Shown: in pieces, positions 1 to 12,224 of the stretch
Layout of the letters: each line of letters begins with the position of its first letter
How positions within the stretch are numbered: position 1 is the first letter of the stretch
Origin: Phaeosaccion multiseriatum
Lineage: Eukaryota > Protista > Ochrophyta, other classes
Reading direction: 5' to 3'
Assembly (NCBI GenBank): GCA_965112735.1
Contig: OZ218950.1
Location: forward strand, 7,068,001 to 7,132,000
Length of the DNA: 64,000 bases
Notes under the pieces: generated by a model
What the model was told of the DNA's origin: nothing
The model's database searches: none
What the model saw: only the letters and a program-made list of their open reading frames with translations
Position numbers and translations under genes: made by a program

Positions 1-3000
1 CGTCCTCCTCCCCCGAGAGGCTTGACCAGATCGGGCTCCACCATTCGCTCCTTCTCGCCATCGTCATAGTCGATGTCACAGGTGCCATCTCTGTGAATGC
101 GAGCAATACGGCCCTTGTAGAAGCGTCCCTTGCCTCGGTAGTTGCACTCGACCTTCATGCCCTCCTCCAGCTTGCCTCCTCCTCGTCCTCCTCCGCCTCC
201 TCCTCCTCCTCCCCCGAGAGGCTTGACCAGATCGGGCTCCACCATTCGCTCCTTCTCGCCATCGTCATAGTCGATGTCGCAGGTGCCATCTCTGTGAATG
301 CGAGCAATGCGGCCCTTGTAGAAGCGTCCCTTGCCTCGGTAGTTGCATTCAACCTTCATGCCCTCCTCCAGCTTGCCTCCGCCTCCGCCGCCTCCTCCTC
401 CTCCCCCGAGAGGCTTGACCAGATCGGGCTCCACCATTCGCTCCTTCTCGCCATCGTCATAGTCGATGTCGCAGGTGCCATCTCTGTGAATGCGAGCAAT
501 ACGGCCCTTGTAGAAGCGTCCCTTGCCTCGGTAGTTGCACTCGACCTTCATGCCCTCCTCCAGCCTTCCTCCTCCTCCTCCTCCTCCTCCTCCTCCTCCT
601 CCTCCACCCCCGAGAGGCTTGACCAGATCGGGCTCCACCATTCGCTCCTTCTCGCCATCGTCATAGTCGATGTCGCAAGTGCCATCTCTGTGAATGCGAG
701 CAATACGGCCCTTGTAGAAGCGACCCTTGCCTCGGTAGTTGCACTCGACCTTCATGCCCTCCTCCAGCTGGCCTCCTCCTCCTCCTCCTCCTCCGCCGCC
801 GAGAGGCTTGACCAGATCGGGCTCCACCATTCGCTCCTTCTCGCCATCGTCATAGTCGATGTCGCAAGTGCCGTTTCTGTGAATGCGAGCAATACGGCCC
901 TTGTAGAATCGTCCCTTGCCTCGGTAGTTGCATTCAACCTTCATGCCCTCCTCCAGCTTGCCTCCGCCTCCGCCGCCTCGTCCTCCTCCCCCGAGAGGCT
1001 TGACCAGATCGGGCTCCACCATTCGCTCCTTCTCGCCATCGTCATAGTCGATGTCGCAGGTGCCATCTCTGTGAATGCGAGCAATGCGGCCCTTGTAGAA
1101 GCGTCCCTTCCCTCGGTAGTTGCACTCGACCTTCATGCCCTCCTCCAGCTTGCCTCCTCCTCGTCCTCCTCCGCCTCCTCCTCCTCCTCCCCCGAGAGGC
1201 TTGACCAGATCGGGCTCCACCATTCGCTCCTTCTCGCCATCGTCATAGTCGATGTCGCAGGTGCCATCTCTGTGAATGCGAGCAATGCGGCCCTTGTAGA
1301 AGCGTCCCTTGCCTCGGTAGTTGCACTCGACCTTCATGCCCTCCTCCAGCTTTCCTCCTCCTCCTCCTCCTCCTCCGCCGCCGAGGGGCTTGACCAGATC
1401 GGGCTCCACCATTCGCTCCTTCTCGCCATCGTCATAGTCGATGTCGCAAGTGCCGTTTCTGTGAATGCGAGCAATACGGCCCTTGTAGAAGCGTCCCTTG
1501 CCTCGGTAGTTGCACTCGACCTTCATGCCCTCCTCCAGCTTTCCTCCTCCTCCTCCTCCTCCTCCGCCGCCGAGAGGCTTGACCAGATCGGGCTCCACCA
1601 TTCGCTCCTTCTCGCCATCGTCATAGTCGATGTCACAGGTGCCATCTCTGTGAATGCGAGCAATGCGGCCCTTGTAGAAGCGACCCTTGCCTCGGTAGTT
1701 GCACTCGACCTTCATGCCCTCCTCCAGCTTTCCTCCTCCTCCTCCTCCTCCTCCGCCCCCGAGAGGCTTGACCAGATCGGGCTCCACCATTCGCTCCTTC
1801 TCGCCATCGTCATAGTCGATGTCGCAAGTGCCATCTCTGTGAATGCGAGCAATACGGCCCTTGTAGAATCGTCCCTTGCCTCGGTAGTTGCATTCAACCT
1901 TCATGCCCTCCTCCAGCTTGCCTCCGCCTCCGCCGCCTCCTCCTCCTCCCCCGAGAGGCTTGACCAGATCGGGCTCCACCATTCGCTCCTTCTCGCCATC
2001 GTCATAGTCGATGTCACAGGTGCCATCTCTGTGAATGCGAGCAATGCGGCCCTTGTAGAAGCGTCCCTTGCCTCGGTAGTTGCACTCGACCTTCATGCCC
2101 TCCTCCAGCCTTCCTCCTCCTCCTCCTCCTCCTCCTCCTCCTCCTCCTCCTCCACCCCCGAGAGGCTTGACCAGATCGGGCTCCACCATTCGCTCCTTCT
2201 CGCCATCGTCATAGTCGATGTCGCAAGTGCCATCTCTGTGAATGCGAGCAATACGGCCCTTGTAGAAGCGACCCTTGCCTCGGTAGTTGCACTCGACCTT
2301 CATGCCCTCCTCCAGCTTTCCTCCTCCTCCTCCGCCTCCTCCTCCTCCCCCTCCGCCTCCTCTTCTCCCTCGCCCTCCTCCTTCCCCTTCGCTTTCCTCA
2401 TCTATCCTCTCCCTTGGCACTTGGGTCTCTTTCGCTCCGTCGTCATACTTTATGTCATAAGTTCCATTCAGCCACGCACGCGTCACAAGCCCCTTGAGGT
2501 ACTTGCCCTTTCCTCGGTAGGCGGCAGACACGCGTGCGCCTGTCTTGAGTGGTTTGCCCTCCGATGATGAACCCTTTTTGTTCTCCAAGTGGCGAAGGTC
2601 TCCCTCGGCCACGGCTCGTTCCTCGTCTCCATCCTTGTACTGCACATGGTAGCTGCCGTCCCTGTTTCGTCTAGCAATTCTACCCTGATACCACCTGCCC
2701 TTCCCTCGGTAGTTGGCCTCCACCTTGTCACCCTCTTCGAACGAGTCGGTGGCCGAGCCCTGGTCCCCATCCTCTCCAAACAGCGACGAACCGGCCGAGT
2801 CGCTGTCATTTCCAGCGCCCCTCTTCCCCAGCCCCCTCTTGCTCACACTCCTTCGCCTCGTCGTGGAGCGTTCCTCGGAGCGGCCCCTGCCTGCCTCACG
2901 GTCCCTCCTACCGCCGCCGCCGGACAAGAGCCTTACGTGTTCCGGTTTGACTCCATCCTCCTCGTCGCCGTCGTCAAAGGTCACCCTTAGAGTGCCATCC

Positions 3001-6000
3001 CGCTTGACAGCCGCGACTTTGCCCTTGAACCAGTGCCCCTTGCCCATGTAATTCGCCTCCACCGCATCGCCCTTCTTCACACCACCGTCCGCCCCTCCTC
3101 CTCCTTCACGTTCTCCGCCGTCTGACAAGTCCCTCCTCCCCCCCCTCCTCCCCCCCCCCCGACTCGCTGCACCACCTTTCCTACTGCCGCGCCCGTTACT
3201 CGGCTCGTCCGTGCTGTACTCATCTACATCGCTTCGGTCCCCTTGTCCTCCTCCTCCCCGCCCGCGTCCACGACGGTCGCTCTGCCGGTCCCTCGCTCTG
3301 TCGCCGTCGCGATGGTGATACCCCGGCCTCACTCCTCTCCCCCTGCTGCTGCTCGCCTCTCTGCCTCCTCTCCCCTCCCTTCTCCTGGAACGACTTCGCT
3401 GACCACCCCTTCCTCCCTCTCCTCCTCCTCCCGACGAGCCCCAATCAGCACGGTCGTACTCGTCGTCGAAGCCGCTACCCGCCGCATCTCGAGAGCGCGA
3501 AGGACTACTGTACCTCCCCGAGAGTGGACGACGCGAGGAGCCCCTCCTGCGTGAGCCCCATCCGTCGCGTCCGTCGCCTTCGAAATCGTCACCGTCCGAG
3601 TAGTATCCGTCATAGCCGCCGCCACCTCCTCCTCCTCCTCCTCCTCCTCCAGCTCTTCTCGCCCCCCGCCCCCTTCGCATGTTTCCGGCCCCGCCTCGCC
3701 CTCTCCTCCAACCCCGCTCAGACCCTCCCCCCATGGAGCGCGCGAAGACGCCCTCGTCGTCCTCCCCCTCATTAAAAAACTCGAAACTGTCGTCGTCCTC
3801 GTAACCGTCACTGCCATAACCATAGCTGTGGTGGCGGTTGTGGTGATATCCTCTCCTCCCTCTCCCACCCCCATCTCCACCCGCTCTCCCTCTCCCCCCG
3901 AGCGCGGCCCCTAGTGACCCCGCCCTCGCCCTCCCCCTCCTTGTCTTCGGTGGCGTGAAGCCCGCAAGGTTGGTATCGCCGCCCCCGCCGGAACCTGTCT
4001 GCAGGCCGAGGGCAGCCATGGCTCGGAGGAACTCGAAGAAGGCAATGTCCCTCCTCAGCCCAAAGAACTTTCGACTCCGAAGGTAGCGACTCATGTGCCC
4101 GCGCGGGGCCGTGCAGCCAACCTCAGTGAGCGCCTGCACGCACTCGTTAGCCGTGATAAGGTCGCTCACTGCGAAGCGATCGAACGTCTTCTTGGTCTCC
4201 GCCAGGCGCTTGACGCTCTGCAGCGCTGCGAGGGCCTCCGAGTCGTCGTACTGGGCAGATGAGTCTTCTTCTTCTTCGTCGTCGTCGTCGTCGGATTCAT
4301 CACCGTCGTCGGACTCCCCGTGGCGCCCCCTCCTCTTCCTCCTCCCCCTCCTCCTCCTCCTCGCCGGCTTGTGATCGTTGTTGTTGTTCTTGCTACTCTC
4401 CTCATCCTCCGGCGAGCCACTGGCCTTTCCAAGGAGGTCCTTCACCGACGGGCCTCCCTCCCTCTTGCTCAGCCGCACATGGCCGCTACTTGTCAACTCC
4501 ATGCCCCGATTCTTGGCCACGTCACCGCCCCCACTCCCAACGTCATCCCCCGCCCCGTCTCCGAGACGAATGTCTGGGTCTTGGCCCACAAAGAGCGCCG
4601 AGTACGCCGCTGTGAAGTCCACGAAGCTGACCCCCCGCTTGTCGAGCTCCCTGTCCTTGAGGAAGGTCTGCACCTCAGGACTGTTTACATCCCTACCCAT
4701 TCGCTCAAAGGCCCTCCGACACTCGCCAGCTGTGAGTTCCCCGGACCCCTCCCCAGCAGCGTCGTACCGATCAAACACCACCTTGAGCTTGGTGATAAGG
4801 CGGACGCGATCCGTGTCTAACGCACGCACAAACTCATCCATGTGAGTGTACGTAAGGAGCCCGGCCTTACCCGTTCCCACACCCGTTGCCCGGGCTTCCT
4901 TCTCCCGGAGGCGATCGATGCCCATGAGTAGTCTTCTTCTATGCAAAGGGTGCTCCACATGCAGCAGCTCGCGAAGGTCTCCTTCCTCGAGATTGAGCAG
5001 CAACGCCCCATCCACTTTGGCTCGCATGAACTCCGCTCGGTACTCGGGCATGCCAGCCACATCGACCACCCAATTGGCCACCTGCCGCGTGTCCCACTGC
5101 CCAGCGTCGGCCTCTGCGTCTCTGTTGGCTCGCACGATGGCGTCGTCTCGCAGGGTGGCGGCGGTGGGCAAGAGGGACTCCGTGGCCGGCATCATGGGAA
5201 AGAGCTCGTGCGTGCTGACGGCCTTGACCTGCATGTCACGGTTCACGAGGTAGACCGGGAAGTCTCCGTACTCGGCGAGAAATTGCCGGCTCGAGCCCTC
5301 AGGGACGGGGAAGTCCACGTGCGTGTCGCTGTGTGTGTGCGTGCGTGCGTGCGTGCGTGCGTGTATGCGTGTGTGTGTATGTGCATGCGGAGGATAAGGG
5401 GAAAAGAAAGAGCGAAGAAAGAGGTTGTCAGATTTACATGCACACACCATGTGGAACGGGTGTGTGTGTGTGTGTGTTGAAAAGGGAGAAGGAACGAACG
5501 ACCCACCGAACGAACCACCCACGCGCCCATCCACCCACTGACTTACTACCCACGCACCTGACGAGCACAAGGGCCTTGAATCGTGTCTCCCCCTCACTCA
5601 CGGCCTTGAGCAGCGTGGTCCGCTCGGCAGGCACGTTGAGCTCGGGCATGGTGCTGGATACGACGTTACAGCCCTCGTACACCTTTCCGGTCGTAGTCAG
5701 GAGGGCGGCCCCCAGGGCGGAGACCTGCCCTCCCTTGCTGTGTGCCCCTTCGCAGGCGTGGAAAGCGGCGTCAATGAGCTCCTCCAGCACTGTCATACCT
5801 GTGTCTCCACATGCCTGTGGGTGTAACAGAGAGAAGGAAAGGAGGGAGGACGGGAGGGAGGGAGGGAGTAAGAGACGGAGGGAGAATGGAAGGAAGGAAG
5901 GAAGGAAGGAAGGAAGGAAGGAAGGAAGGAAGGAAGGAAGGAAGGAAAGGGAAGTACGACATACACGGCCCCGTTAGTACATACCTGCAAGCCCGCGAAG

Positions 6001-7109
6001 GTCTTGGTGTACGTGTCGTGGTGCCCCGCGGCAGATCGGGAGAAGCTGTGGTGAGCCCCTCCCTCTCCTCCTCCTCCTCCTGCTCCACCATCGCCACCCG
6101 ACGCTGCGGAGAGTAGAGAGGAGGGTGACGCGAAGATTGTGAGGGGCGGTCTGCTGCTCGCTACCAAGTCACGAAGGGCCACCGCTCCCTCGGCGTTGAT
6201 GACGTTGCTGCTACTGCCGTTGCGGCTGGGAGGGCTTCCGGCGTGCGTGCGCTGGTTGCTGCTCCGGCTGTGGCTAGTGGGACTTCGGCTGCGGCTGTGA
6301 TTGTTGCTGCTTTGGCGTCGCCCGTCGGGACTGGACCTGCTACGGGGTGAGCCCCTCCGCTTCCCATTGCGAGAGCCGGGGCGTGAAGAAGGACTTGAGG
6401 CATCGCGAGGGAAGAACTCCCCCGTCCCTTCTGCTGCCACTGCCCCCGCGGCGTCTGCTGCCGCTGCCTCGGCCGCCTCGTACAGTAAGACCCGTCTACT
6501 CGGGCTTCCGGGGCCGCGTGACGGGGAAGCAGCAGCTTGCTCCTGCTTGTCCAGGAGCATCTTCATCGTGATGGAGTTGTAGCTCGCGGAGTTGAGCAGA
6601 TAAAGAGCGTTCTTCCCCTGCGCGTACGGAACCAAGCTGTCGTCTACACCTTCCGGTCCCTCCCCGCTTCTCGAGTCGCCCATCCTGCCCCTATTGCTGC
6701 TGGTTGGCCCACCTCGCTTGGGAGAGAGGGAGCGAGTGAGGGCCCGCACCACCCTCACGCTCGTGGGGCTCCTACTTCTCCGGTGAGGAGAGAGGGACGC
6801 CTGCACCTCCTCAGGCAGCATCCTCCGAGCCAGGCCGAGAACCTGCGTGTTGCAAGGAAGGGGGAAGGGCAAGATGGGAGAGGGAAGAGGACTTTTTGGT
6901 GTGAGAGGGGTTTGTCGGAGGAAGGCCTACTGCACGCCTACCTCAACGGCAAATGCCGTAGCCCTCACCTGAGCGGACTTCTCCAGCGACCTGGCGCAGA
7001 GTGGACTTGGAGGACCAGTCATCCCTCCAGCAATCGCCATGTTGCCCTTTAACGACGATAATCCCGTTTCGCCGTCCGGCCCATATGCCTGTTTGAGTTT
7101 CCGTTTCAT
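1..7109 (-). CDS. Giant multidomain protein: inactive cytidine-deaminase-like domain, SAM, two EF-hand-like pairs, RG/WG-rich disordered region, >=15 Tudor-like repeats (3' end outside the window)
   Basis: Exons ~7109-6969, 6842-5985, 5814-5558 and 5328-<1, with phase-compatible GT-AG junctions. CDA-like: GAALLTTTGKVYEGCNV...PAERTTLLKAVSEGETRF...PEGSSRQFLAEYG. SAM: WDTRQVANWV...FMRAKVDGALLLNLEEGDLRELLHVEHPLHRRRLL. EF-like: VFDRYDAAGEGSGELTAGE...VSFVDF and TFDRFAVSDLITANE...IAFFEF. Tudor unit: KLEEGMKVECNYRGKGRFYKGRIARIHRDGTCDIDYDDGEKERMVEPDLVKPL. Missing from the ORF track because there is no stop in the window. Confidence 0.85.
15..2318 (-). repeat. 12 near-identical ~190-bp tandem units, each encoding a Tudor-like domain plus a poly-Gly linker
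   Basis: Unit marker gag(a/g)ggcttgacc at ~15, 216, 408, 612, 801, 993, 1194, 1383, 1572, 1761, 1953 and 2160. Three more divergent Tudor units lie at ~2420-2550, 2590-2740 and 2930-3080. Confidence 0.95.
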
Positions 7110-7658
7110 GTCCCCCTCATCTCTTACAGCTCGGGTTTTTTTTGAAGAAGACAGGAAAAAAGCAGAAAAGAGCGGGCAGATATGCGCGTTCTTCCTCGAG
7201 AACTGGTTATCGTTGCAGCAGTGCTCGGCAGAAGCAGCGCACTCCCTACTTCTAATCTTCCTGCACTGAATTGCTTACTACAGGCGCCGTTGAAGGAAGG
7301 TGGGTGGAAGGGGATATGTTGAGGAAGTGTCTAGCACGGCACATGAGCTTGCATTGAAGATCATTGCCACGCACCGCTTTCGCCATCATTATGTATCTAA
7401 ACTGTCTGCAACACTTTCTGTGTCATGTCCTCGACAGCACCAGCGGTGTACGCTCCTCACAGATCTTCATTAGCGCAGCGGGTGCGTACAAGTAGCGGTC
7501 GTTCCTCCTGAATCTCCCGTCTAGCCTCGTCCTTCCCCTCGTCCTGCTCCTGCTCCTGCTCCTCCTCCTTCGCTTCCTCCTACAACATCTGCCAACCCTC
7601 TTTTTAGATTCTCCTCACCTAATTGCCCGTCATCTGGCACCATGGCTCTGATCGCGAC

Positions 7659-8922
7659 ATGCACCAGGTGCTCCGCATCGGGCGAGGAGGCGGTAGCGAG
7701 GCAGGAAGCCCCCCCTCATCAGAGAAGGCAGCAGTGGGTAGAGTAATGGGTGTTCCCTCCGGAGGCGCGTCCAAGGCCGACATCGGTGAGTCGGTTTGGC
7801 AATGCTCTTCACAGTGCCCAGCAAGAGTAGTGCCATGTCCCCCTCCCCTGAACCTTCTCTCACCAAAACTTGGCTTCGACCTCCACCTCTACATACGTAT
7901 AGGCCATGCTGCCCGCATCGTGGTGGATCTGGTCTCGGAGACAGCAATCCTGCTGGGCCTGCTGCAGGTAGCCTTGGTGGTACTCCCTGCAAAGCTCGGG
8001 GATGAGATCACGGAGAGCAGCCTCAAGATTATCCAGCTGGTCACGTGGGGCGTTGTTGCGTTTCTGAGCTCCCTCTTCGGCCTCAAGCCCACGGAGTGGC
8101 TGTCTAGCCGCTTGCAGCTGCTCAACTGGGAGCAAACCATCAATGAGAACTTCTACGACTCGCTCAAGAAGCCTCGGTGGCACCCACCAAAGTGGTAAGT
8201 GGTACGGTCTTGATTTCTCTCCTTGCTCCGCTCGCTTGTGTTTCTTGTAAGTTTACCTCTTGATGCCTCTCTTTTCGCGCGGTGTTGCTTATCACACCCT
8301 CTCCTCCTGGTCGAAACTACAACTCACCCCCACACACACGCACACACGCAATAGCACCCCCACACATCCGCTTGTGCATGACACCCCTGTCCTGACACCC
8401 CTGTCCCGCTGCTCCAGGCTGTTCCCTGTGATGTGGATCCCGCTCAAGATGCTGCAGGTTTTCTCGTGCTACGGGGTGTGGCGAGAGTGCGGAGACAACG
8501 TCCTAGCGCCGTCCATTGTCACCTTCCTCGTATACAAGTGCCTGGGGGATATCTGGAATAAGGTCTGTTTTGGTTTGTTTTGCCTTGTTGTCGAACGACA
8601 ACACACCTTGTTCTAGGTGAAGCCCCCGTGTCCATTGTCGGTGTCTTTTCGCATCTGTCAAGCTGACTAGTCATTGAATACTTACGCTACCGGCATCTCC
8701 CCCCCCCCCGCCCCCCCCCGCCAGGTATTCTTCGAGCGCCAGTTGCTCGGGTGGGGGGCCGCTGTAATCTCCGCCTACTGGCTCGTCCTTGTATCGGCCG
8801 TGGCTCTCTTCAACGAGGTCAGCCCCGCGTCTGCCGCCCTCCTCGCGCCCACGGCTCTGTGGGTGACAGTGGCCGGTACTTTGAACATCAGTATTTGGAG
8901 ATTAAACCGCAAGACGGCATGA
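7659..8922 (+). CDS. TspO/MBR (translocator protein) family membrane protein; 5' end uncertain
   Basis: Exons ~7659-7785, 7903-8194, 8418-8561 and 8724-8922. Motifs FYDSLKKPRWHPPKW-LFPVMW, DIWNKVFF and AALLAPTALWVTVAGTLNISIWRLN are typical of TspO. Confidence 0.85.
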
Positions 8923-9287
8923 TTCTGATGTGATGATGATGCTTTGTTCGTGCGATTGGCTGCCAAGCAAGGGCCTAGTGAAGCCGTGAGGCGAGAGCCC
9001 CTAGAGGCTGTAGAGCAAGGGATTTAGAGAGAAAGAGAGAGAGAGAGAGAGAGAGGAGTCACTCAGTCAAAGAGGAATGATGATAATATATCACAAGGCG
9101 GGCGAAGGGAAAAAAAAAAAAAAAAAAAAAAGCCTGCGTGTTCTGTGAAGGGTTACGTTACGGAGAACCAACTGCCGCAGGAGGTGACTTTCCCCCCTCT
9201 CTTTCTGTAAAGTTTACCTCTCTTTCTGTAATATATATTTAACCCTCTCTTTCTTTTACCCCAACCTCTCTGTAGAAGGATAGAGCA

Positions 9288-11523
9288 ATGGGAAAATATC
9301 CAGAAACGGAGGATGGGGAAGATGGCCCTCTCCGCCCGCTCAGCAACTCTGAAGCGAACCACGAGGAGGACAATAAGCAAGACATACTGGTGCCGAGGGG
9401 GACACACCTCAAGTTCGTGTATGGGCTGAGGTGTGGCAGCCCACAGTCACCCATCACTGCTCTCAGCACGCGGGGGGACAAGAGCAGGATACTGAACAAA
9501 GACAGGCCCAGGGTGAAAGAGAAGAAGCAGATGCAGCTAGGTGGGGCGGCTTCTGCCGTGATGGATGCCATCGCTTCCGCGAAGACTAAGAAAGCCACTG
9601 CGGAAGCAGCAGCCAAAGCGGCAGCAGCAACAGCGAAAGCGGCCAGCAAATACCCTTTCGACCCAGTCTTCTGTCCCTCGTCCCCGTCAAAACGGCGGCC
9701 GAACCTGCACCAATTGCTTGACGAGGACAGCGACAGCAGCTTCGACGAAGGCGACGCTGGATCTGATGTTTGGAACCGCAGTAGTGGAGCACTACTCGGG
9801 GGAGGCCTCGGAGCCCCCCATAGTGGAGCAGGTGTGAGGAAAAGCACCGGCACAAAGGCCACGAAGCGGCAGAGGAGCCAGATATTCGACGAAGGTGTGC
9901 GGGACTTTTTGCAGAGGAAGGGATTGGAGCGGCACCGCCCACGTGTGCCCACCTTCAGAGCCTTCAGCAACGGTGACGACTTGTACTCTCGCTACGCCCT
10001 GAAGGAGCCCCATGGCAACGAATACGGCGGGGGCGGAGGAAGGGACGATGACTGTGCTACTACCAGTCTGTCAGTCAGTCTGGGCGGATGCAGGCACAGA
10101 ATGGTAACCAGCGCGAGTGCCCCCTCTGGGCTCCGGTTGGGCTCGTCCTCACCCACCCGGGGACCCTCCCGACAGGCTTTACAGATGGCGAGGAAGAAGA
10201 AGGATCTCCACGTGCAGCTGCAGGGGGCGCTGGCGGCCGTCGAGGAGCTGCTCGTCGCTGAGCGGGAGAGCGCAGAGAGGGGCAGGCAAGCAGAGGCGGT
10301 AAGGAGGGGCAGACGATTGCGGCAGCGAATGGCGGAGAAGGAAAGACGGAAAGCACTGGAGGAGAAGGAGGCATTTGAGAGAAGCCGCAGAAGCCGTGTC
10401 GGGGGGAAGCGGAGCGGAGGAGGAGGAGGAGGAGGAGGAGGAGGAGGAGGAGGAGGAGGAGGAACCGACTGTGACAGCCCTTCTCGTGCTGCTGCTCCTG
10501 CTGCTGATCGGACGGTGAAGCCAAGCCCCTCAGGAGGCGGGGCCTGGGCAAAGCTGGGCATGGCCTTGGGCTCCGACAAGTTCTCCAAGCTCAGGAGTCT
10601 TGCCAAGACGCCCTCTGCACACCAAGGGCAAGGCCTGTCGTCGGCTCTGCTCAGTGCCAGGGCTGGGCAGCCCAACGGACAAGCCTCTGGGGGGGACGAG
10701 GAGCGGCCTCATACGGAGGGCGGCCGCAGAGGCGGATGGAAACCCTCGAAGGGCTTCCTCCACCTCCTCACCACAAACGCCTGTCGCTCCTCCTCCTCCT
10801 TGCACAAGGAGAGCTGCTCTACTGCAGCCGCAGGAGAGGCAGGGGCGGGAGGCCGGGCGGATGAAGGGAGAACACAGCGGCGCGGACGTGAGAAGCAGCC
10901 AGGGGAGCCGCAGCAGCAGTGGTCCGCTCTGCTATCCCTTCCTCCGTCCGTCGCTGGCCCCCTGAAGTCACGGAGGTACCTCCGCGCACGCAGCCGGCAA
11001 GAGGCCGAGAGGAGGATTGACTTTGCGGCAGGAGTGACCACTGAAAAGGCCAACTTCGCAGATACCGTGCACCGTGCGGCGATGGCAGCCAACGCCATCT
11101 GCAGGCAGATGGGCATCGCCAAGCAGTTTTTCGTGAGGGGTGTCGGACGGGACATTCACGTGCTTATTACACAACAAGAGGAGGAGGGGGAGGAGGAGGA
11201 GGAGGAGAGGGGGGTTGATGATGGCCCTGTGACCCGAGCATCCACCCGCTCTACCGTGAACGTGAGTCCGTACCTGTTCTTGAGAGAGCACTCGCGACTT
11301 CTGCGCCAATACAAGCTTCGGATTCGGACACACCATCGCAAACCTGGGTCTGGCGCCATTGGAGCTGCGGTGGCAGTAGACGGGCAGGACACGATGCAAG
11401 AGACACAGCGGGCACAGGAGAGAGACGGAAGGAGGAGGGCCCCGTCGAGGGAGGCTGGCCTAGAGGCGGCGAGCGCAGCTGTGCACTACCTTGCCAACAC
11501 GATGCGAGGACTTGCCTTGCACT

Positions 11524-11586
<63 letters not shown>

Positions 11587-12224
11587 CCTGCGGGGCCCTA
11601 CTTCTCTCTGGCCCTCCTTCTCCTGCCCCCCTCTCCGGCGGCGGCGACCCATCAAGTACTGCTACTGTATCACCACCTACGAAGACCCCGGGGGGGAGGG
11701 GGCGAAAGGCTTTCCCGGGGTGGGGCAGGCAGCGAAAGGACCCCGTTCAGCTCCTAGTGGAGGCCTCGGCTGTGGCGGCGGCCGCAGCGGAGATACGGAG
11801 GAGATTGTGGGGGGGGGGGGGGGGACCAGGAGGAGCAGGAGGAGCAGGAGGAGGACGAGGAGGAGGAGGTGGAGGTGGAGGAGGAGGAGGAGGAGGAGGA
11901 GGAGGAGGAGGAGGAGGAGGAGGAGGAGGAGGAGGAGGAGGAGGAGGAGGAGGAGGACGAGGAGGAGCAGAAGGAGGAGGAGGAGGAGGAGGAGGAGGAG
12001 GAGGAGGAGGAGGAGGAGCAGGAGGAGGAGCAGGAGGACGAGGAGGAGCAGGAGGACGAGGAGGAGCAGGAGCAGCAGGAGGAGGAGCAGGAGCAGCGGA
12101 GGGCGGGGGCCGGCAGGAGCTGCAGCTGCTGCTTCACGAAATCCTCCTCTCGGCCATGGCACACAATGCCGTGCTTGCTGCTCAAGTCGAGACGATTCGG
12201 GCCAAGGGCTGGAACCTGTCCTAA
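9288..12224 (+). CDS. Hypothetical low-complexity/coiled-coil protein (978 aa)
   Basis: Long ATG-initiated ORF with coiled-coil segments, poly-Gly and (PS)n tracts. No recognisable domain. Confidence 0.55.

Noticed and set aside
93-2567. 824-aa plus-strand ORF with hydrophobic repeats
   Set aside because: Antisense shadow of the Tudor array. Unit variation is mostly synonymous only in the minus-strand frame.
9111-9131. Poly(A) run as a retroposon tail
   Set aside because: No TSD or upstream element. It is likely a simple homopolymer downstream of TspO.
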